Origin: Acetivibrionales bacterium
Lineage (GTDB): Bacteria; Bacillota; Clostridia; Acetivibrionales; JBMNNH01
Assembly (NCBI GenBank): GCA_050953835.1
Contig: JBMNNH010000009.1
Location: 12,944 to 76,943, forward strand
Length of the DNA: 64,000 nt
Reading direction: 5' to 3'
Made by a program: the position numbers and the translations under genes. This document shows, one piece after another, positions 30,525 to 42,422 of this stretch; positions within the stretch are counted from its first letter, which is position 1, and each line of letters opens with the position of its first letter. The notes beneath the pieces were generated by a model. That model was given only the letters and a program-made list of their open reading frames with translations, was not told the DNA's origin and did no database searches.

Positions 30525-32066
30525 ATGACTTCATTCGTAACACAAATGGAGCTTCTCTTATCAGCATTTGAAGCAGTTTTTACACCTGAAATAATCTTAC
30601 TCATTTTTGCCGCTACAACGATGGGCATTGTCGTTGGAGCAATTCCTGGGCTCACCGGCACAATGGCCTTAGCCCTTTTAATTAATGTAACATATAAAAT
30701 GCAGTTGGAGCATGCAGTAGCCTTTTTACTTAGCGTATATGTTGGTGCCATAATGGGTGGGTGTTATTCCGCAATTATGATTAATATTCCCGGCACCCCT
30801 GCGGCTGCTGCTACAGCACTTGACGGCTTTCCCCTTGCCAAGCAGGGCAAAGGCGGCAAAGCAATTACCATAGGTATTATCTCAAGTTTCTTCGGTTCAT
30901 TGGTTTCCTGCCTAATACTGATTTTTGCCACTCCGTATATTTATACTGTAGCATTGAAGTTTAGCCAGTGGGAATATTTTTTGCTGGCGCTGTTTGGAAT
31001 TACAATATGCGGTAGCCTGGCCGGCGACAAAGCACCGGTTAAAGGCTGGATTGTTGGATTCCTAGGATTTCTGGCGGCAATGATCGGATTGGATCCGATT
31101 TATTCATTTCCCCGGTTTACTTTCGGGAGCAGAGATTTGATGGCTGGTATTCAGTTGATACCCGCTCTCATTGGTGTGTTTGGTATTTCAGAAGTCCTTA
31201 TTGTGCTGTCGGAAAAGGTCCCGTATATGATCGAACAAAAAATTGGATCCGTATTCCCTGAAAAAGGGACAATAAGAAAGATAATTATGCCTGCTTTGCG
31301 CTCTGGCTTTATTGGGGCAGGGATTGGTGCAGTGCCAGGAGCAGGTGAGGATATTGCCGCTTGGGTATCTTACGATACCGGACGCAGAAGAAGCAAAGAT
31401 GGTAAAAAGTTCGGCACCGGAAGTTATGAGGGATTAGCCTGCGCCGAAACCGCAAACAATGCATGTATTCCGGGTGCGATGATCCCGCTGCTAACATTGT
31501 CGATACCTGGAAGCCCGCAGGCTGCAATGTTCATGGCCGCAATTATCCTGCATGGAGTAAAACCCGGTCCTATGCTTTCTATAGAGCAGCCTGAATTTCT
31601 CTACACCACCGGTGTAACGCTTTTAATGGCTGGGGTTTGTATGCTGATTATGGGGATTGCATTGACTAGACCCATGGTTCATGTACTGAAGCTCAACCGT
31701 AAAATCCTGATGCCGATTGTGGTTCCCATGACGGTAATCGGTGCATACGCTACCAATATTACCGTATTCGATATTAAGGTGATGTTTATATTCGGCATTT
31801 TAGGCTTTATCCTGCGAAAAATGGATTTCCCAATGGCTCCACTAGTGCTCGGTTTAATTTTGGGTAATACTGCCGACAAAGGCTTTCGTCAAGCGTTAAT
31901 GCAGGGACAGGGGTCTGTCATTCCGCTGCTCGGCCGTCCCATGGGCCTTATTCTGATCGCTGTCATTCTTCTGAGTCTTATCTCTGGCATACGAAAGTAC
32001 GCCAAAGACAAGGCGGCGTCCCAGCGTGAAGCTTCCACTGTAACAGAAGGGCCAGCAGGCGACTAA
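30525..32066 (+). CDS. tctA: TTT large permease subunit
   Basis: GAIPGLTG, INIPGTPAAAATALDGFP, AETANNA and IPLLTLSIPGS motifs. Confidence 0.96.
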   Translation: MTSFVTQMELLLSAFEAVFTPEIILLIFAATTMGIVVGAIPGLTGTMALALLINVTYKMQLEHAVAFLLSVYVGAIMGGCYSAIMINIPGTPAAAATALDGFPLAKQGKGGKAITIGIISSFFGSLVSCLILIFATPYIYTVALKFSQWEYFLLALFGITICGSLAGDKAPVKGWIVGFLGFLAAMIGLDPIYSFPRFTFGSRDLMAGIQLIPALIGVFGISEVLIVLSEKVPYMIEQKIGSVFPEKGTIRKIIMPALRSGFIGAGIGAVPGAGEDIAAWVSYDTGRRRSKDGKKFGTGSYEGLACAETANNACIPGAMIPLLTLSIPGSPQAAMFMAAIILHGVKPGPMLSIEQPEFLYTTGVTLLMAGVCMLIMGIALTRPMVHVLKLNRKILMPIVVPMTVIGAYATNITVFDIKVMFIFGILGFILRKMDFPMAPLVLGLILGNTADKGFRQALMQGQGSVIPLLGRPMGLILIAVILLSLISGIRKYAKDKAASQREASTVTEGPAGD

Positions 32067-32080
32067 AAAATCAATATGAG

Positions 32081-32842
32081 GTGAGACCAGTGAATGTAAA
32101 GGACAAAGTGATTATTATTACTGGCGGTGCAGGAGGTCTGGGTTCCGCAATAGCGAAGCTCTTATCTGAAAAAGGTGCTAAGGTTTATCTTCTTGATCTG
32201 GACGAACAGCGCGGCAATGAAATCACAGAAAAGCTTATAAAAAACGGAGGTAATACACACTTTTATAAAATTGACCTTACGAGCGAAAGTGAATGGAAAG
32301 CCGTTGTCAATGATATTGTAGCAACAGCCGGCAGAATAGACGTGCTTATAAACAATGCTGGGATCAATATCCGCAAACCGATAGAGGAAATGTCCATAGA
32401 TGAATGGCAGAAAATGATGCTTGTAAACACAGGCAGTATTTTTCTCGGATGTAAGTACACAATTCCTGTAATGCGTGGACAGGGCGGCGGTACGATCATC
32501 AATACATCGTCAGTCTGCGGACTGATCGGACATAAATATACCCCTGAGGCTTACACTGCAAGCAAGGGCGCGGTCACCTTATTTACAAAAGCTGTCGCCT
32601 CGCGTTACGCAAAGGACGGAATCCGCTGCAACTCCATTCATCCGAGCACAATCCTTACGCCGTATGCAGAAGTGTTCCTGCAAGATCCGCAGAAAAGAAG
32701 CGAGCGTCTCGGCGAGGTACCCCTTGGAAGGCTCGCAACCGTTGACGATGTTACAAATGCGGTTTTGTATCTTGCAAGCGACGAAGCGTCTTTTATAAAC
32801 GGTGTAAGCCTGCCTATTGACGGAGGTACTACTTGCTATTAA
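32081..32842 (+). CDS. Short-chain dehydrogenase/reductase (probably NAD-dependent)
   Basis: TGGAGGLG, NNAGI and YTASK motifs; Asp at the end of beta-2 (LLDLD). Confidence 0.93.
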   Translation: MRPVNVKDKVIIITGGAGGLGSAIAKLLSEKGAKVYLLDLDEQRGNEITEKLIKNGGNTHFYKIDLTSESEWKAVVNDIVATAGRIDVLINNAGINIRKPIEEMSIDEWQKMMLVNTGSIFLGCKYTIPVMRGQGGGTIINTSSVCGLIGHKYTPEAYTASKGAVTLFTKAVASRYAKDGIRCNSIHPSTILTPYAEVFLQDPQKRSERLGEVPLGRLATVDDVTNAVLYLASDEASFINGVSLPIDGGTTCY

Positions 32843-33038
32843 TTATAAGGTTTCTGTGGGCAGATATCATGTAGAACATACTCTTTATGAGTGAAAGAAA
32901 ATTGTTAACTGTTTGCATGCCGAAACATAATATAATTCGGCATGTGAGCAATTTTCTCTTAAAACTGTTATATCACTCTAACCACCGTGTGGAACAATCA
33001 AACTGTAAGGAGAAGCTGTTCTTCATCGTTAAAAAACG

Positions 33039-33068
33039 AAAACCTGGCAGAATATCCGCCAGGCTTTT
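33039..33068. terminator. Terminator between the convergent SDR and MCP genes
   Basis: AAAACCTGGC...GCCAGGCTTTT inverted repeat. Confidence 0.65.
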
Positions 33069-33085
33069 AGTATCTTTATTAATTA

Positions 33086-34825
33086 TCACAGTGTAAACTT
33101 ATTAATCATCATCTGTAGCTCATCCGCTAAATTAGAAAGCATGGATGCAAGGGATGAAAATTCCTGCTGGCTTGCTGTCTGCTCCTCAACTGAAGCAGCA
33201 ACCTCTTCACTCACTGTCAGCGACTGTTTTGATATTTCGGAAATTTTCTTGCTCATTTCTTCAACTCTGGTAATTTCATCAACCATTTTCTCTATCTCGC
33301 TTGTTATCTCCTTTACCTGAATATCAACATCATCACTAGTCTTTACGATATTCCTAAAGGAAGAACGGGCTTCCTGAGCCATTTGTGTTCCTTCCTTAAC
33401 TTCCTGGACACCAGCCGTCATGCTCTCAGCAACGTTCTCAGACTGTATCTGAATCTCCTTAAGCATTTCTGTTATTTCCTTGGCTGCATCAGCAGAGCCC
33501 ACTGCAAGTTTCCGGATTTCTTCAGCAACAACTGCAAAACCCTTGCCGTGTTCTCCCGCTCTTGCTGCTTCTATAGCTGCATTCAGAGAAAGCAAATTGG
33601 TCTGTGAAGCAATACTGGTAATACTATCAAGTATCTTCCTTATTTCACCCGTTTTTTGCTTTAGGGTTTCTGTAGTTGACTGAGTATTCAAAATCTTGTC
33701 TTGTATAACACTGATTTGTTCTAATAAAAGTCTCATCTTCTCATTTCCTGCAGCAGCAGCTTCACTTGCTTTAATGGAAGCAGACAAAACACTGTTTGAA
33801 TTGTTATGTATTTTTCTGTTTCTTTCTATGAGGTAGTTAATAACCTCCACTGTTTTTTCCGAGTGCTCGGACTGTTCAGTAGCCCCTTGAAAAACCTGCT
33901 GTGACGATGATGCTATCTGTTCAATTGCTTTTGTACTCTGTTCAGCACCCAACTTCAATGTATCAGCTGATTGTGCCACACTTCTGCTTGTCTCGGATAT
34001 GTTCCCTATCAGCTCACGCAGGTTTTCAACCATCTTATTGAAGGACTGGGCTAACAAAGCTATATCGTCCTTGGATTTGCTGCTCACCTTTTCTATACTC
34101 AAATCTCCATTTGAGATGCTCTTGGCAGATTTGGCAATCTTTGCAATCATGTCTCCAATCCTGCTGGAAAATATGCCTGCAAAGAATATGCTAAAAACAC
34201 ATACCGCAAGAATAACCACGATTATAATAATACCTGTAAGTGTAGTATTTGCATTTAACTCTGCCTTTTTTTGCTCTTGATAACTCAGTTCTATTGTAAT
34301 CAACTGCTCCACATTTTCCTCAATAAATTCCATAATTTTCTTTGCTTCGCTTAAGGTGTCTATTGCATCTGATAATCTTCCATCATTATTGATTTGGTCG
34401 ATGCACTGCTCCACCTTTTCAACAAATGCGTTATTGAGCCTCTCAACACCATCCAGTGTTTTTAAACCTTTTTCATCTACTATGTTGGACTTAAGCATCT
34501 CAATATCCATTTTTGATTTATCTACTAATGCCCACACTTCATCTTTATATTTCTGGTCTTTTTCAAGAATATACTTTGAAATATTTTCTGTAGTCGCTTT
34601 GGCTGATTTAGTCACGTCATTCGCAAACACTGTAGTATCTACCATCTTGTCAAACCTGGAAATAAAACTGCTTAATATCAGATATGATACTATGCTTACA
34701 GTCCCCATAATCAATACAATAGCTGTAAATGCCAGGATTAGCTTTCCCTTAAGGGTTGATATGGCTCCAATCCTGGTAAAACCGCTAAATAGATTTTTTA
34801 CCTTTGAAAGATTAAGTTTTGCCAT
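33086..34825 (-). CDS. Methyl-accepting chemotaxis protein
   Basis: Two TM segments, HAMP domain and [37 protein letters not shown]. Confidence 0.97.
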   Translation of the reverse strand: MAKLNLSKVKNLFSGFTRIGAISTLKGKLILAFTAIVLIMGTVSIVSYLILSSFISRFDKMVDTTVFANDVTKSAKATTENISKYILEKDQKYKDEVWALVDKSKMDIEMLKSNIVDEKGLKTLDGVERLNNAFVEKVEQCIDQINNDGRLSDAIDTLSEAKKIMEFIEENVEQLITIELSYQEQKKAELNANTTLTGIIIIVVILAVCVFSIFFAGIFSSRIGDMIAKIAKSAKSISNGDLSIEKVSSKSKDDIALLAQSFNKMVENLRELIGNISETSRSVAQSADTLKLGAEQSTKAIEQIASSSQQVFQGATEQSEHSEKTVEVINYLIERNRKIHNNSNSVLSASIKASEAAAAGNEKMRLLLEQISVIQDKILNTQSTTETLKQKTGEIRKILDSITSIASQTNLLSLNAAIEAARAGEHGKGFAVVAEEIRKLAVGSADAAKEITEMLKEIQIQSENVAESMTAGVQEVKEGTQMAQEARSSFRNIVKTSDDVDIQVKEITSEIEKMVDEITRVEEMSKKISEISKQSLTVSEEVAASVEEQTASQQEFSSLASMLSNLADELQMMINKFTL

Positions 34826-34918
34826 TACACTTTCCTCCTCAAGAAAGAATACATATGATAAGTACAAAAAAACAGTTTAATACATCATTCACTTAGCATT
34901 CTTTTAACACCATATTAA

Positions 34919-34945
34919 ATATCGGTTACTTATAAAATATTTAAA
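34919..34945 (-). promoter_or_regulatory. sigma28-like promoter of the MCP gene
   Basis: TTTAAA...ACCGATAT on the minus strand. Confidence 0.55.
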
Positions 34946-35016
34946 TAACATATAATATTTACTTTCTATTTGATTTATGTTTAAAATTGTAGCATATTTT
35001 GACAAAAATGTCACTC

Positions 35017-35391
35017 TCATTTGAAAAAATGCGTATGATTTACATGCTCCATACCCTGGTTGAAGAGCTGAAGTATGTGGTCATCATCTAGGGAGTATAT
35101 GGCAGACTTTCCTTCCTTCCTATATTTTACAAGATTCAGGTTTCTTAAAAGACGAAGTTGATGTGAAATTGCTGACTGTGATATGTCCAATGCTGAGGCA
35201 ATATCACATACACACATTTCACATTTTGAAAGTAAATAAATAATCCTTATCCTCGTAGGGTCTCCAAGCACCTTGAATATTTCCGACAGCCTTTCAATAT
35301 TCGAATCCTTATTCATAAAACGCTTCATTTCACCAATAATATCAGCATTCATTTTACTTTCTCCGCAGTTACAATTAGGGTTATCTGCCAT
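35017..35391 (-). CDS. ArsR/SmtB (CadC/CzrA-like) metal-responsive repressor
   Basis: FKVLGDPTRIRI, EMCVCDIA, SAISHQLRLL and YSLDDDHI motifs. Confidence 0.93.
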   Translation of the reverse strand: MADNPNCNCGESKMNADIIGEMKRFMNKDSNIERLSEIFKVLGDPTRIRIIYLLSKCEMCVCDIASALDISQSAISHQLRLLRNLNLVKYRKEGKSAIYSLDDDHILQLFNQGMEHVNHTHFFK

Positions 35392-35660
35392 AATGCTTAT
35401 TCTCTCCTATGCTTATACTAAGAACTTTATTTAAGAGTTAAATTGTTAATAATCACTGATTTAATTATATTTTTGTTGTGTAAATAAGTCAAATGTACAG
35501 CATCTAAGACTCGGAATACTAGTCCATAGAATAATATGGGGTATACAAAGAAAATCGCCCATTGGTATCTAATATTTCTTAGTATTGTTATACAGTTAAC
35601 AATTGACAATATTTATGGCATAGCAGATAATATGAATTAACGTGTACATAACAAACTGAA

Positions 35661-36476
35661 TTGAGGTATGTAATGATTTACTTATATATTTTTTTGTCCG
35701 CAGTTATCCTTTTGTTATTATATATGCGTTTTGAAGCAAGATCTCTGGAAGTAAATAGAATACCATTTTCAAAGGGAATTAAAAGCTTGAAAATAGCCCA
35801 TCTTTCCGATATTCATATTAACAGGCTTAAAGTACCTTTGCCTGATATCATAAAAGCTATTGACAGGGAGCAGCCCGATATAATTATCATTACCGGCGAC
35901 TATATTGAAAAACCATGCCATGCGGAAGCCTTTTTGTCTTTTCTTGACCAGATAAAAAAAAATTATACAATATTGCTGTGCCTGGGCAACCATGATTACA
36001 AAGCATTCAGAAATGATAAAAAAGAGCTTGAAAATTTCATTAATTCCATAAGATACAGAGGGATTACAGTACTGCATAATAATTCCATATGCTTTGAAAA
36101 GAACTCCAGGAAATATAATATAATTGGGCTGGAGGATTTGCGTATGGGAAAGCCTGATATAGACAGAGCTATCTGTAAATCCTGTAAAGACCAGTATACC
36201 AATATAGCTATTTCACACAATCCGGATGTTGTTTTTAAGATACCTAAGGGGACAGTTGATTACCTGTTCTGCGGACACTTCCATGGCGGACAAATATGGG
36301 CTCCCTTTAATTTGGAGTTTAAAATACTGCGCAAAGACAAGCTTTGCAGAATGGGTATTAAAGAAGGGCTACACAGAATTAATGGAATTACACTTTATAT
36401 AAATAAAGGTCTGGGAAATGTTGTGGTGCCATTAAGATTTTTATCCAGGCCGGAAATCTCAGTATACTATATATAG
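35661..36476 (+). CDS. Metallophosphoesterase (YkuE/YaeI-like)
   Basis: SDIH, TGD, LGNHD, SHNPD and GHFHGGQ motifs; TTGACA-N17-GATAAT upstream. Confidence 0.92.
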   Translation: MRYVMIYLYIFLSAVILLLLYMRFEARSLEVNRIPFSKGIKSLKIAHLSDIHINRLKVPLPDIIKAIDREQPDIIIITGDYIEKPCHAEAFLSFLDQIKKNYTILLCLGNHDYKAFRNDKKELENFINSIRYRGITVLHNNSICFEKNSRKYNIIGLEDLRMGKPDIDRAICKSCKDQYTNIAISHNPDVVFKIPKGTVDYLFCGHFHGGQIWAPFNLEFKILRKDKLCRMGIKEGLHRINGITLYINKGLGNVVVPLRFLSRPEISVYYI

Positions 36477-36491
36477 GAGGAGACTAATTAC

Positions 36492-36947
36492 ATGGATTTA
36501 TTAAAAATATTCATAATTTCTGCCATACCTTTAATAGAACAAAGGGGTGCAATACCGGTAGGAATACTAACTTATCATATAGACCCGCTCACGGTTTTCA
36601 TAGTAAGTTTTTTAGGAAGCTTTTTCCCCGTTCCTTTTATACTGCTGCTGTTCAACAGTATTTTCAAATGGATGAAAAGGTTTAAGGTATTCACATTAAT
36701 AAATAATTACATTGAAAGGAAGCTGGATAAGGGAACAAAAAAAGTTGAAAGGTACAAAGAGTTGGGTTTGTTGATATTCGTGGCAATTCCTCTGCCAACT
36801 ACAGGTCTTTGGACTGGTAGTGCAATTGCTGCATTTTTAAAAATGGATTTCAAAAAGTCGATTATATATATCGCTTTAGGTGGCATAATCTCTGCAGCTA
36901 TTATTACAATATTATCCGTTTTATTTCCCAAAGCGTTAGGATATTAG
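36492..36947 (+). CDS. Small multidrug export family membrane protein (COG2426)
   Basis: PLIEQRGAIP and FVAIPLPTTGLWTG motifs. Confidence 0.88.
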   Translation: MDLLKIFIISAIPLIEQRGAIPVGILTYHIDPLTVFIVSFLGSFFPVPFILLLFNSIFKWMKRFKVFTLINNYIERKLDKGTKKVERYKELGLLIFVAIPLPTTGLWTGSAIAAFLKMDFKKSIIYIALGGIISAAIITILSVLFPKALGY

Positions 36948-36976
36948 AGCAAAGGACGACCTTAAGCTTCATTTTT

Positions 36977-38338
36977 TCATTTATTCCGTCCTTTGAGCCT
37001 CTTTTCCAGTTCATCTTTTCTTGCTTCAAATCCGGGTTTTCCTAAAAGGGCAAACATGTTTTTCTTATATGCCTCTACACCCGGCTGATCAAAAGGATTA
37101 ACCCCGAGCAGGTATCCACTTATGCCGCATGCCTTCTCAAAAAAGTAAACAAGGTTTCCAAAATAGTAAGGTGACAATTCGGGAATATCAAGCAGCAGAT
37201 TAGGCACCCCGCCATCTATATGAGCAAGGATTGTACCATCAAGGGCCTTTTTGTTTACAAAATCCATATCCCTTCCTGCCAGGTAATTCAATCCGTCAAT
37301 ATCCTCTTTTTCTTCCTTGATTTTTATAGCCCTGGCAGTTTTTTCGACATTAAGCACCGTTTCAAATATATTCCTCAATCCGTCCTGAATATACTGACCC
37401 ATTGAGTGGAGATCGGTCGTAAAATCAACCCCGGCTGGGAATATACCTTTCCTGTCCTTTCCTTCACTTTCTCCATACAACTGTTTCCACCATTCGGTAA
37501 AATAATGAAGCGAAGGTTCATAATTGACCATTATTTCTATAACCCTGTTCTTTCTGTACAATATATTCCTGACAGCAGCGTACTGGTAGCATTCATTTAA
37601 TTCCAGACTGGCTGCAGAGTACGTATCGTGTGCTGCTGTAGCACCTTCCATCATTTTATCAATATCCACCCCGCTAACAGCAATTGGAAGAAGTCCCACT
37701 GCAGTCAGTACAGAATACCTTCCTCCCACATCATCAGGAATAACAAAGGTTTCATACTTCTCCTTATCAGCAAGTCCTTTCAATGCACCTCTGGATCTGT
37801 CGGTTGTTGCGTATATCCTTCGTGATGCACCTTCCTTGCCGTATTTTTTCTCCATAAGTTCTTTAAAAATTCTGAATGCAATAGCAGGCTCTGTTGTGGT
37901 ACCCGATTTGGATATTACATTTACAGATATATCTTTATCTTTTACAATATCAAGCAAATCAGAGAGATAAACCTGGCTTACGTTATTGCCTGCGAAAAAA
38001 ATCTGAGGAGTTTTTCTTTCTGAAGCAGGCAGAAGGTTGTAAAATGAATGCGATAGAGCTTCAATAGCAGCTTTTGCACCTAAATATGAACCCCCAATAC
38101 CTATTACTACAAAGATATCAGAGTTGGATTTTATTCTTTCTGCAGCTTCTTTAATCCTTTTATATTCATCTTTATCATATTCAAGAGGTAAATCTACCCA
38201 TCCCGTATAATCGCTTCCCTGCCCTGTCTTGCCATGAAGCATATCATGTGCCGTTTTGATAAAGCTGCGTAAATAGTCAATCTCATATTGATTTATAAAA
38301 TTTAATGCATTTGAATGGTCAAATCTGATTCTTCCCAT
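36977..38338 (-). CDS. pgi: Glucose-6-phosphate isomerase
   Basis: [30 protein letters not shown] and [12 protein letters not shown] motifs. Confidence 0.98.
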   Translation of the reverse strand: MGRIRFDHSNALNFINQYEIDYLRSFIKTAHDMLHGKTGQGSDYTGWVDLPLEYDKDEYKRIKEAAERIKSNSDIFVVIGIGGSYLGAKAAIEALSHSFYNLLPASERKTPQIFFAGNNVSQVYLSDLLDIVKDKDISVNVISKSGTTTEPAIAFRIFKELMEKKYGKEGASRRIYATTDRSRGALKGLADKEKYETFVIPDDVGGRYSVLTAVGLLPIAVSGVDIDKMMEGATAAHDTYSAASLELNECYQYAAVRNILYRKNRVIEIMVNYEPSLHYFTEWWKQLYGESEGKDRKGIFPAGVDFTTDLHSMGQYIQDGLRNIFETVLNVEKTARAIKIKEEKEDIDGLNYLAGRDMDFVNKKALDGTILAHIDGGVPNLLLDIPELSPYYFGNLVYFFEKACGISGYLLGVNPFDQPGVEAYKKNMFALLGKPGFEARKDELEKRLKGRNK

Positions 38339-38607
38339 GTATGTATTCTCCTTTATTATATATTATTAACCACAATTGGTATTGTTTTTCATTGTTTCCA
38401 TTTTAGCAAAATGAATACATCAAATCAATAATGGAATAATATGGACCATACAGAAAATATGCATTCATTAATTAATTAAATTATTTCTATTATATGAATT
38501 ATTTAATAGGTAATAAATTTTCATTATTGCAAAAACTATAACAGAAAAACCATTGCAATCTAAAAGTGCTGAATGCGGATAAAACTATTTGAAAGGTGGT
38601 GGATTCA

Positions 38608-38829
38608 ATGTCAAGGCGAAAGACTCCATTGGTTCCTGAAAGCAGAGAAGCCCTTACAAGGTTTAAGCTGGAATGTGCAAAAGAAATAGGGCATTTGACT
38701 TACTGCAAAGAGTACAATGACCACTATAAGGGAGACGTGCCAGCTAAGATAAACGGTGCCCAGGGTGGGCCAATAGGCGGCCAGATGGTTAAAAAAATGA
38801 TAGCTATGGCAGAAAGCCAATTGAAATAG
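38608..38829 (+). CDS. Alpha/beta-type small acid-soluble spore protein
   Basis: LVPESREALTRFKLECAKEIG...GGQMVKKMI. Confidence 0.9.
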   Translation: MSRRKTPLVPESREALTRFKLECAKEIGHLTYCKEYNDHYKGDVPAKINGAQGGPIGGQMVKKMIAMAESQLK

Positions 38830-38843
38830 TTAAATATGATAAT

Positions 38844-38888
38844 AAAAAAACGGCACTTCACCGCTTTTATGGTAATGCGCCGTTTTTT
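38844..38888. terminator. Bidirectional terminator between the SASP gene and pheT
   Basis: AAAAAAACGGC...GCCGTTTTTT inverted repeat. Confidence 0.7.
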
Positions 38889-38893
38889 GTTTT

Positions 38894-41287
38894 TTATTCT
38901 CGCAACTGAACATCCAGTTTTTCTTTTAAGTCTTTAATTATTTTATCCATAACCTTGTTTACTTCTTCATCCCTTAGAGTCCTATCCAAAGCTCTGAACC
39001 TTATGGAATAGGCTACACTTTTCATTCCTTCAGGAACCTGCTTTCCCTTATATACGTCAAAAAGTTCTATTTCTTCCAGTATACTGCCTGAATTCTGTTT
39101 AATAATATCTTGTATCTGCTTAACCATTATTTCATCTCTTACAAGCATTGCAATATCCCTTGTTACAGCAGGAAACTTTGGCAAAGGCTTATACTCAGAG
39201 AGCAGGGAAGCATTTTCTACCAGCGGCTTAACCTCTATCACACCCACATAAGTCCTTTCAGGGCACTCAAACTCCTGGACAAGCTCAGGATGGATTTCAC
39301 CTATGACACCTATTTCTATGTCTCCAACAATTACTTTTGCAGTTCTTCCCGGATGAAAAGAAGGATTGTTTTTCTCAGGCAAAAACTCGTAGTCTATTAT
39401 TCCCAACCTGTCAAGCAGTTCTTCAACTACTCCTTTCAAATGATAGAAATCCGTTTTTCCATACATTCCAATTGTTAAAACCATTTTTTCATCAGGTAAT
39501 TCCTTTACCGGAAGGCCTTTTGGCTGATAAACATAAGAGAGTTCAAACAACCTTGCCTCTTCAATCCGCCTGTTGTAATTGGTGCTCAGCACATCCAATA
39601 TATTAGGAATGGTGGTTGTCCTCATTATACTGTAATCCTCCCCAAGTGGATTAGATATTACAACCGCCTTCCTGTTTTCGCTATCCTTCGGAAGTCTTAT
39701 CCTGTCAAATACCCTGGGACTGGAAAAAGAGTATGTGTAGGCTTCATAAAGTCCTGAGGCTATCATTGTATCCTTTATTATATCTTCTATTTTCTGCTTA
39801 AATGTTTTTCTGCCCAGGCTTGCTGTCTTACCTGAAAGCAGAGTTGCTTGAATTCTATTGTACCCATAAAACCTTGCTACCTCTTCAGCCAGATCCGCCT
39901 CCCCTTCCACATCACCTCTGAAACTTGGAACCTTTACGGACAGTGATGCCTCATCAACTTCAAACCCAAGTGCTTTGAGGGTAGCAACCATAAAGCTCTT
40001 ATCAATGGAAGTCCCCAGTAAAGCGTTTATCCTGTCCGGGCAGAAACTAATAATCCTTTGCTGCTGTTTCTGAGGATAACAATCTATCACACCCTTGCAA
40101 ACCACACCTGCACCAAGCATTTCTACAAGTTGTACCGCCCTGTTTACCGCTCTTTCTGCATTCTCCGAATTGAGCCCCTTTTCAAACCGGGCAGAAGCTT
40201 CCGTCCTGAGCCCAAGCTTTTTCGCAGTCTGCCTTATGGATGTTCCATTAAATGTAGCGGATTCAAACAGTATGATTTTTGTTTTGCTGGTTATTTCTGA
40301 GTTTGCTCCACCCATTACCCCTGCTATACCAACAGCCTTATTTGAATCAGCAATTACCAGCATTGACGGATCCAGTTTTCTGTCCTGCCCGTCAAGGGTC
40401 TTCATTGTTTCACCATCCTTAGCTCTCCTTACAATAATACTGTTTCCCTCAATATATTCAAGGTCAAATGCATGCATGGGCTGCCCCAGTTCAAGCATTA
40501 CATAATTTGTTATATCAACAATGTTGTTTATTGGCCTTACGCCCGCTGACCTCAGTCTTTCTCTCATCCATTTCGGTGACGTTCCGATTTTAACATCCTT
40601 TATTATCCTTGCTGCGTACCTTGAACATAGATCTGGGTCATGTATCTCAACGCTTGCATATGAAGATGCCGCCTCATCGGCCTCCTCCTTCACCTGAATG
40701 ACAGGCTCATTAAAGCCAGCTTTCAAAGCTACGGCAGCCTCCCTTGCTATTCCCTCCATACACAGGCAATCCGGCCTGTTTGAAGTAATTTCAAATTCAA
40801 CAACAGTATCATTCAGGTTAAGCACTTCTTTGATATCCCTGCCCGGCGTCAGTTCTTCCTGAAGAATAAATATCCCATCCTCTGCAGCCTCCGGGAAATC
40901 ATCCTTTGTGAGATTGAGTTCCTGTATGGAACACATCATTCCATTGGACTCCACACCTCTTAGTTTACTTTTCTTAATCTTTATTCCTCCTGGCAGTGTA
41001 GAACCCGGAAGGGCAATTGGTACATAATCACCCAGGCTTATATTGCTTGCTCCTGTTACTATCTGAAGAACTTCATTCCCTACATCAACTTTTGATACCT
41101 GCAGCCTGTCTGCATTAGGATGCGGCTCTATTGAAACTATTTTGCCCACAACAACATTTGAAATTTCTTCACCAAGCTTCTCAACTGATTCAACCTTTGA
41201 GCCTGACATGGTCATGGCGTTTATGAATTCTTCCGTAGTAACATTTATATCAACGTATTCCTTAAGCCAATTCATTGGTACTTTCAT
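38894..41287 (-). CDS. pheT: Phenylalanine--tRNA ligase beta subunit
   Basis: HPNADRL, TSNRPDC, INNIVDITNYVMLELGQPMHAFD and C-terminal FDX-ACB domain. Confidence 0.98.
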   Translation of the reverse strand: MKVPMNWLKEYVDINVTTEEFINAMTMSGSKVESVEKLGEEISNVVVGKIVSIEPHPNADRLQVSKVDVGNEVLQIVTGASNISLGDYVPIALPGSTLPGGIKIKKSKLRGVESNGMMCSIQELNLTKDDFPEAAEDGIFILQEELTPGRDIKEVLNLNDTVVEFEITSNRPDCLCMEGIAREAAVALKAGFNEPVIQVKEEADEAASSYASVEIHDPDLCSRYAARIIKDVKIGTSPKWMRERLRSAGVRPINNIVDITNYVMLELGQPMHAFDLEYIEGNSIIVRRAKDGETMKTLDGQDRKLDPSMLVIADSNKAVGIAGVMGGANSEITSKTKIILFESATFNGTSIRQTAKKLGLRTEASARFEKGLNSENAERAVNRAVQLVEMLGAGVVCKGVIDCYPQKQQQRIISFCPDRINALLGTSIDKSFMVATLKALGFEVDEASLSVKVPSFRGDVEGEADLAEEVARFYGYNRIQATLLSGKTASLGRKTFKQKIEDIIKDTMIASGLYEAYTYSFSSPRVFDRIRLPKDSENRKAVVISNPLGEDYSIMRTTTIPNILDVLSTNYNRRIEEARLFELSYVYQPKGLPVKELPDEKMVLTIGMYGKTDFYHLKGVVEELLDRLGIIDYEFLPEKNNPSFHPGRTAKVIVGDIEIGVIGEIHPELVQEFECPERTYVGVIEVKPLVENASLLSEYKPLPKFPAVTRDIAMLVRDEIMVKQIQDIIKQNSGSILEEIELFDVYKGKQVPEGMKSVAYSIRFRALDRTLRDEEVNKVMDKIIKDLKEKLDVQLRE

Positions 41288-41331
41288 TAATATCTCTCCT
41301 TTCCATATTTTGTCTATTACATGTATCACTA

Positions 41332-42351
41332 TTAAAACTGTTTCAAAAACCTGACATCGTTCTCATACAGCAATCTCATATCATCCAGGTTGAACCTCCC
41401 CATGGCAGTCCTTTCAAGACCAAGGCCAAAAGCAAAGCCACTGTATTTGGTTGGATCTATTCCCCCGTTTTCGAGTACTTTCGGATGAACCATTCCTGCG
41501 CCAAGAATCTCTATCCATCCTTCATTCTTGCACACCCTGCAGCCTTTTCCACCACAGCTCCAGCATGATACATCCACCTCTGAGCTTGGTTCCGTAAACG
41601 GGAAATGATGCGGTCTAAGACGTATTTCGGTATCCTCTCCGAAAAGGCTTTTTGCAAAAACCTGAAGAGTACCGATGAGATCTCCCATTGTAATCCCTTT
41701 GTCCACAACCAGCCCTTCAACTTGATGGAATATGGGAGAATGGGTAGCATCAACAGCGTCAGAACGGTATACCCTACCCGGGCATATAATCTTTATTGGT
41801 AGTTCCCTGCTTTCCATTGCCCGTATCTGCACAGGAGAAGTCTGGGTTCTTAAAACAATATTCTCATTAATATAAAAAGTGTCCTGTTCATCTCTTGCAG
41901 GGTGGCCTTTGGGTATATTGAGGGCTTCGAAATTATAATAGTCAAACTCAACCTCTGGCCCTTCCGCAATTTCATACCCCATTCCAATGAATACTGTCTT
42001 TATCTCATCAAGCACCATGCTAAGAGGATGCCTTTTTCCCAGCCTTTTTCTTTTTCCTGGCATGGTTACATCAATTATTTCCTTCTCAAGCCTGTTGGCT
42101 CTTTCCTTATTAATCAGTACGGTTTTTACTTCCTCTATACGATTTTCAATAAATGCTCTTGCCTCATTTGCCATCTGTCCAACCAGAGGCCTCTCTTCGG
42201 GGCTTAAAGAACCCATCCCTCTAAGAACCGTAGTGAGTTCTCCTTTTTTTCCGAGATATTTAATCCTTATATTATCAAGCTCTTGAATTGTCTGTACGGA
42301 AGACAGCTCTTTTTCTGCCCGGGACTTAATATTATTCAGCTGTTCTTTCAC
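41332..42351 (-). CDS. pheS: Phenylalanine--tRNA ligase alpha subunit
   Basis: [23 protein letters not shown] and [10 protein letters not shown] motifs. Confidence 0.99.
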   Translation of the reverse strand: MKEQLNNIKSRAEKELSSVQTIQELDNIRIKYLGKKGELTTVLRGMGSLSPEERPLVGQMANEARAFIENRIEEVKTVLINKERANRLEKEIIDVTMPGKRKRLGKRHPLSMVLDEIKTVFIGMGYEIAEGPEVEFDYYNFEALNIPKGHPARDEQDTFYINENIVLRTQTSPVQIRAMESRELPIKIICPGRVYRSDAVDATHSPIFHQVEGLVVDKGITMGDLIGTLQVFAKSLFGEDTEIRLRPHHFPFTEPSSEVDVSCWSCGGKGCRVCKNEGWIEILGAGMVHPKVLENGGIDPTKYSGFAFGLGLERTAMGRFNLDDMRLLYENDVRFLKQF

Positions 42352-42422
42352 AAAAACCTTCTCCTTTCATTTTTTGTTTTAATACCGTATTATTCGTATT
42401 ATTAATAATATTTTTTCAAATA

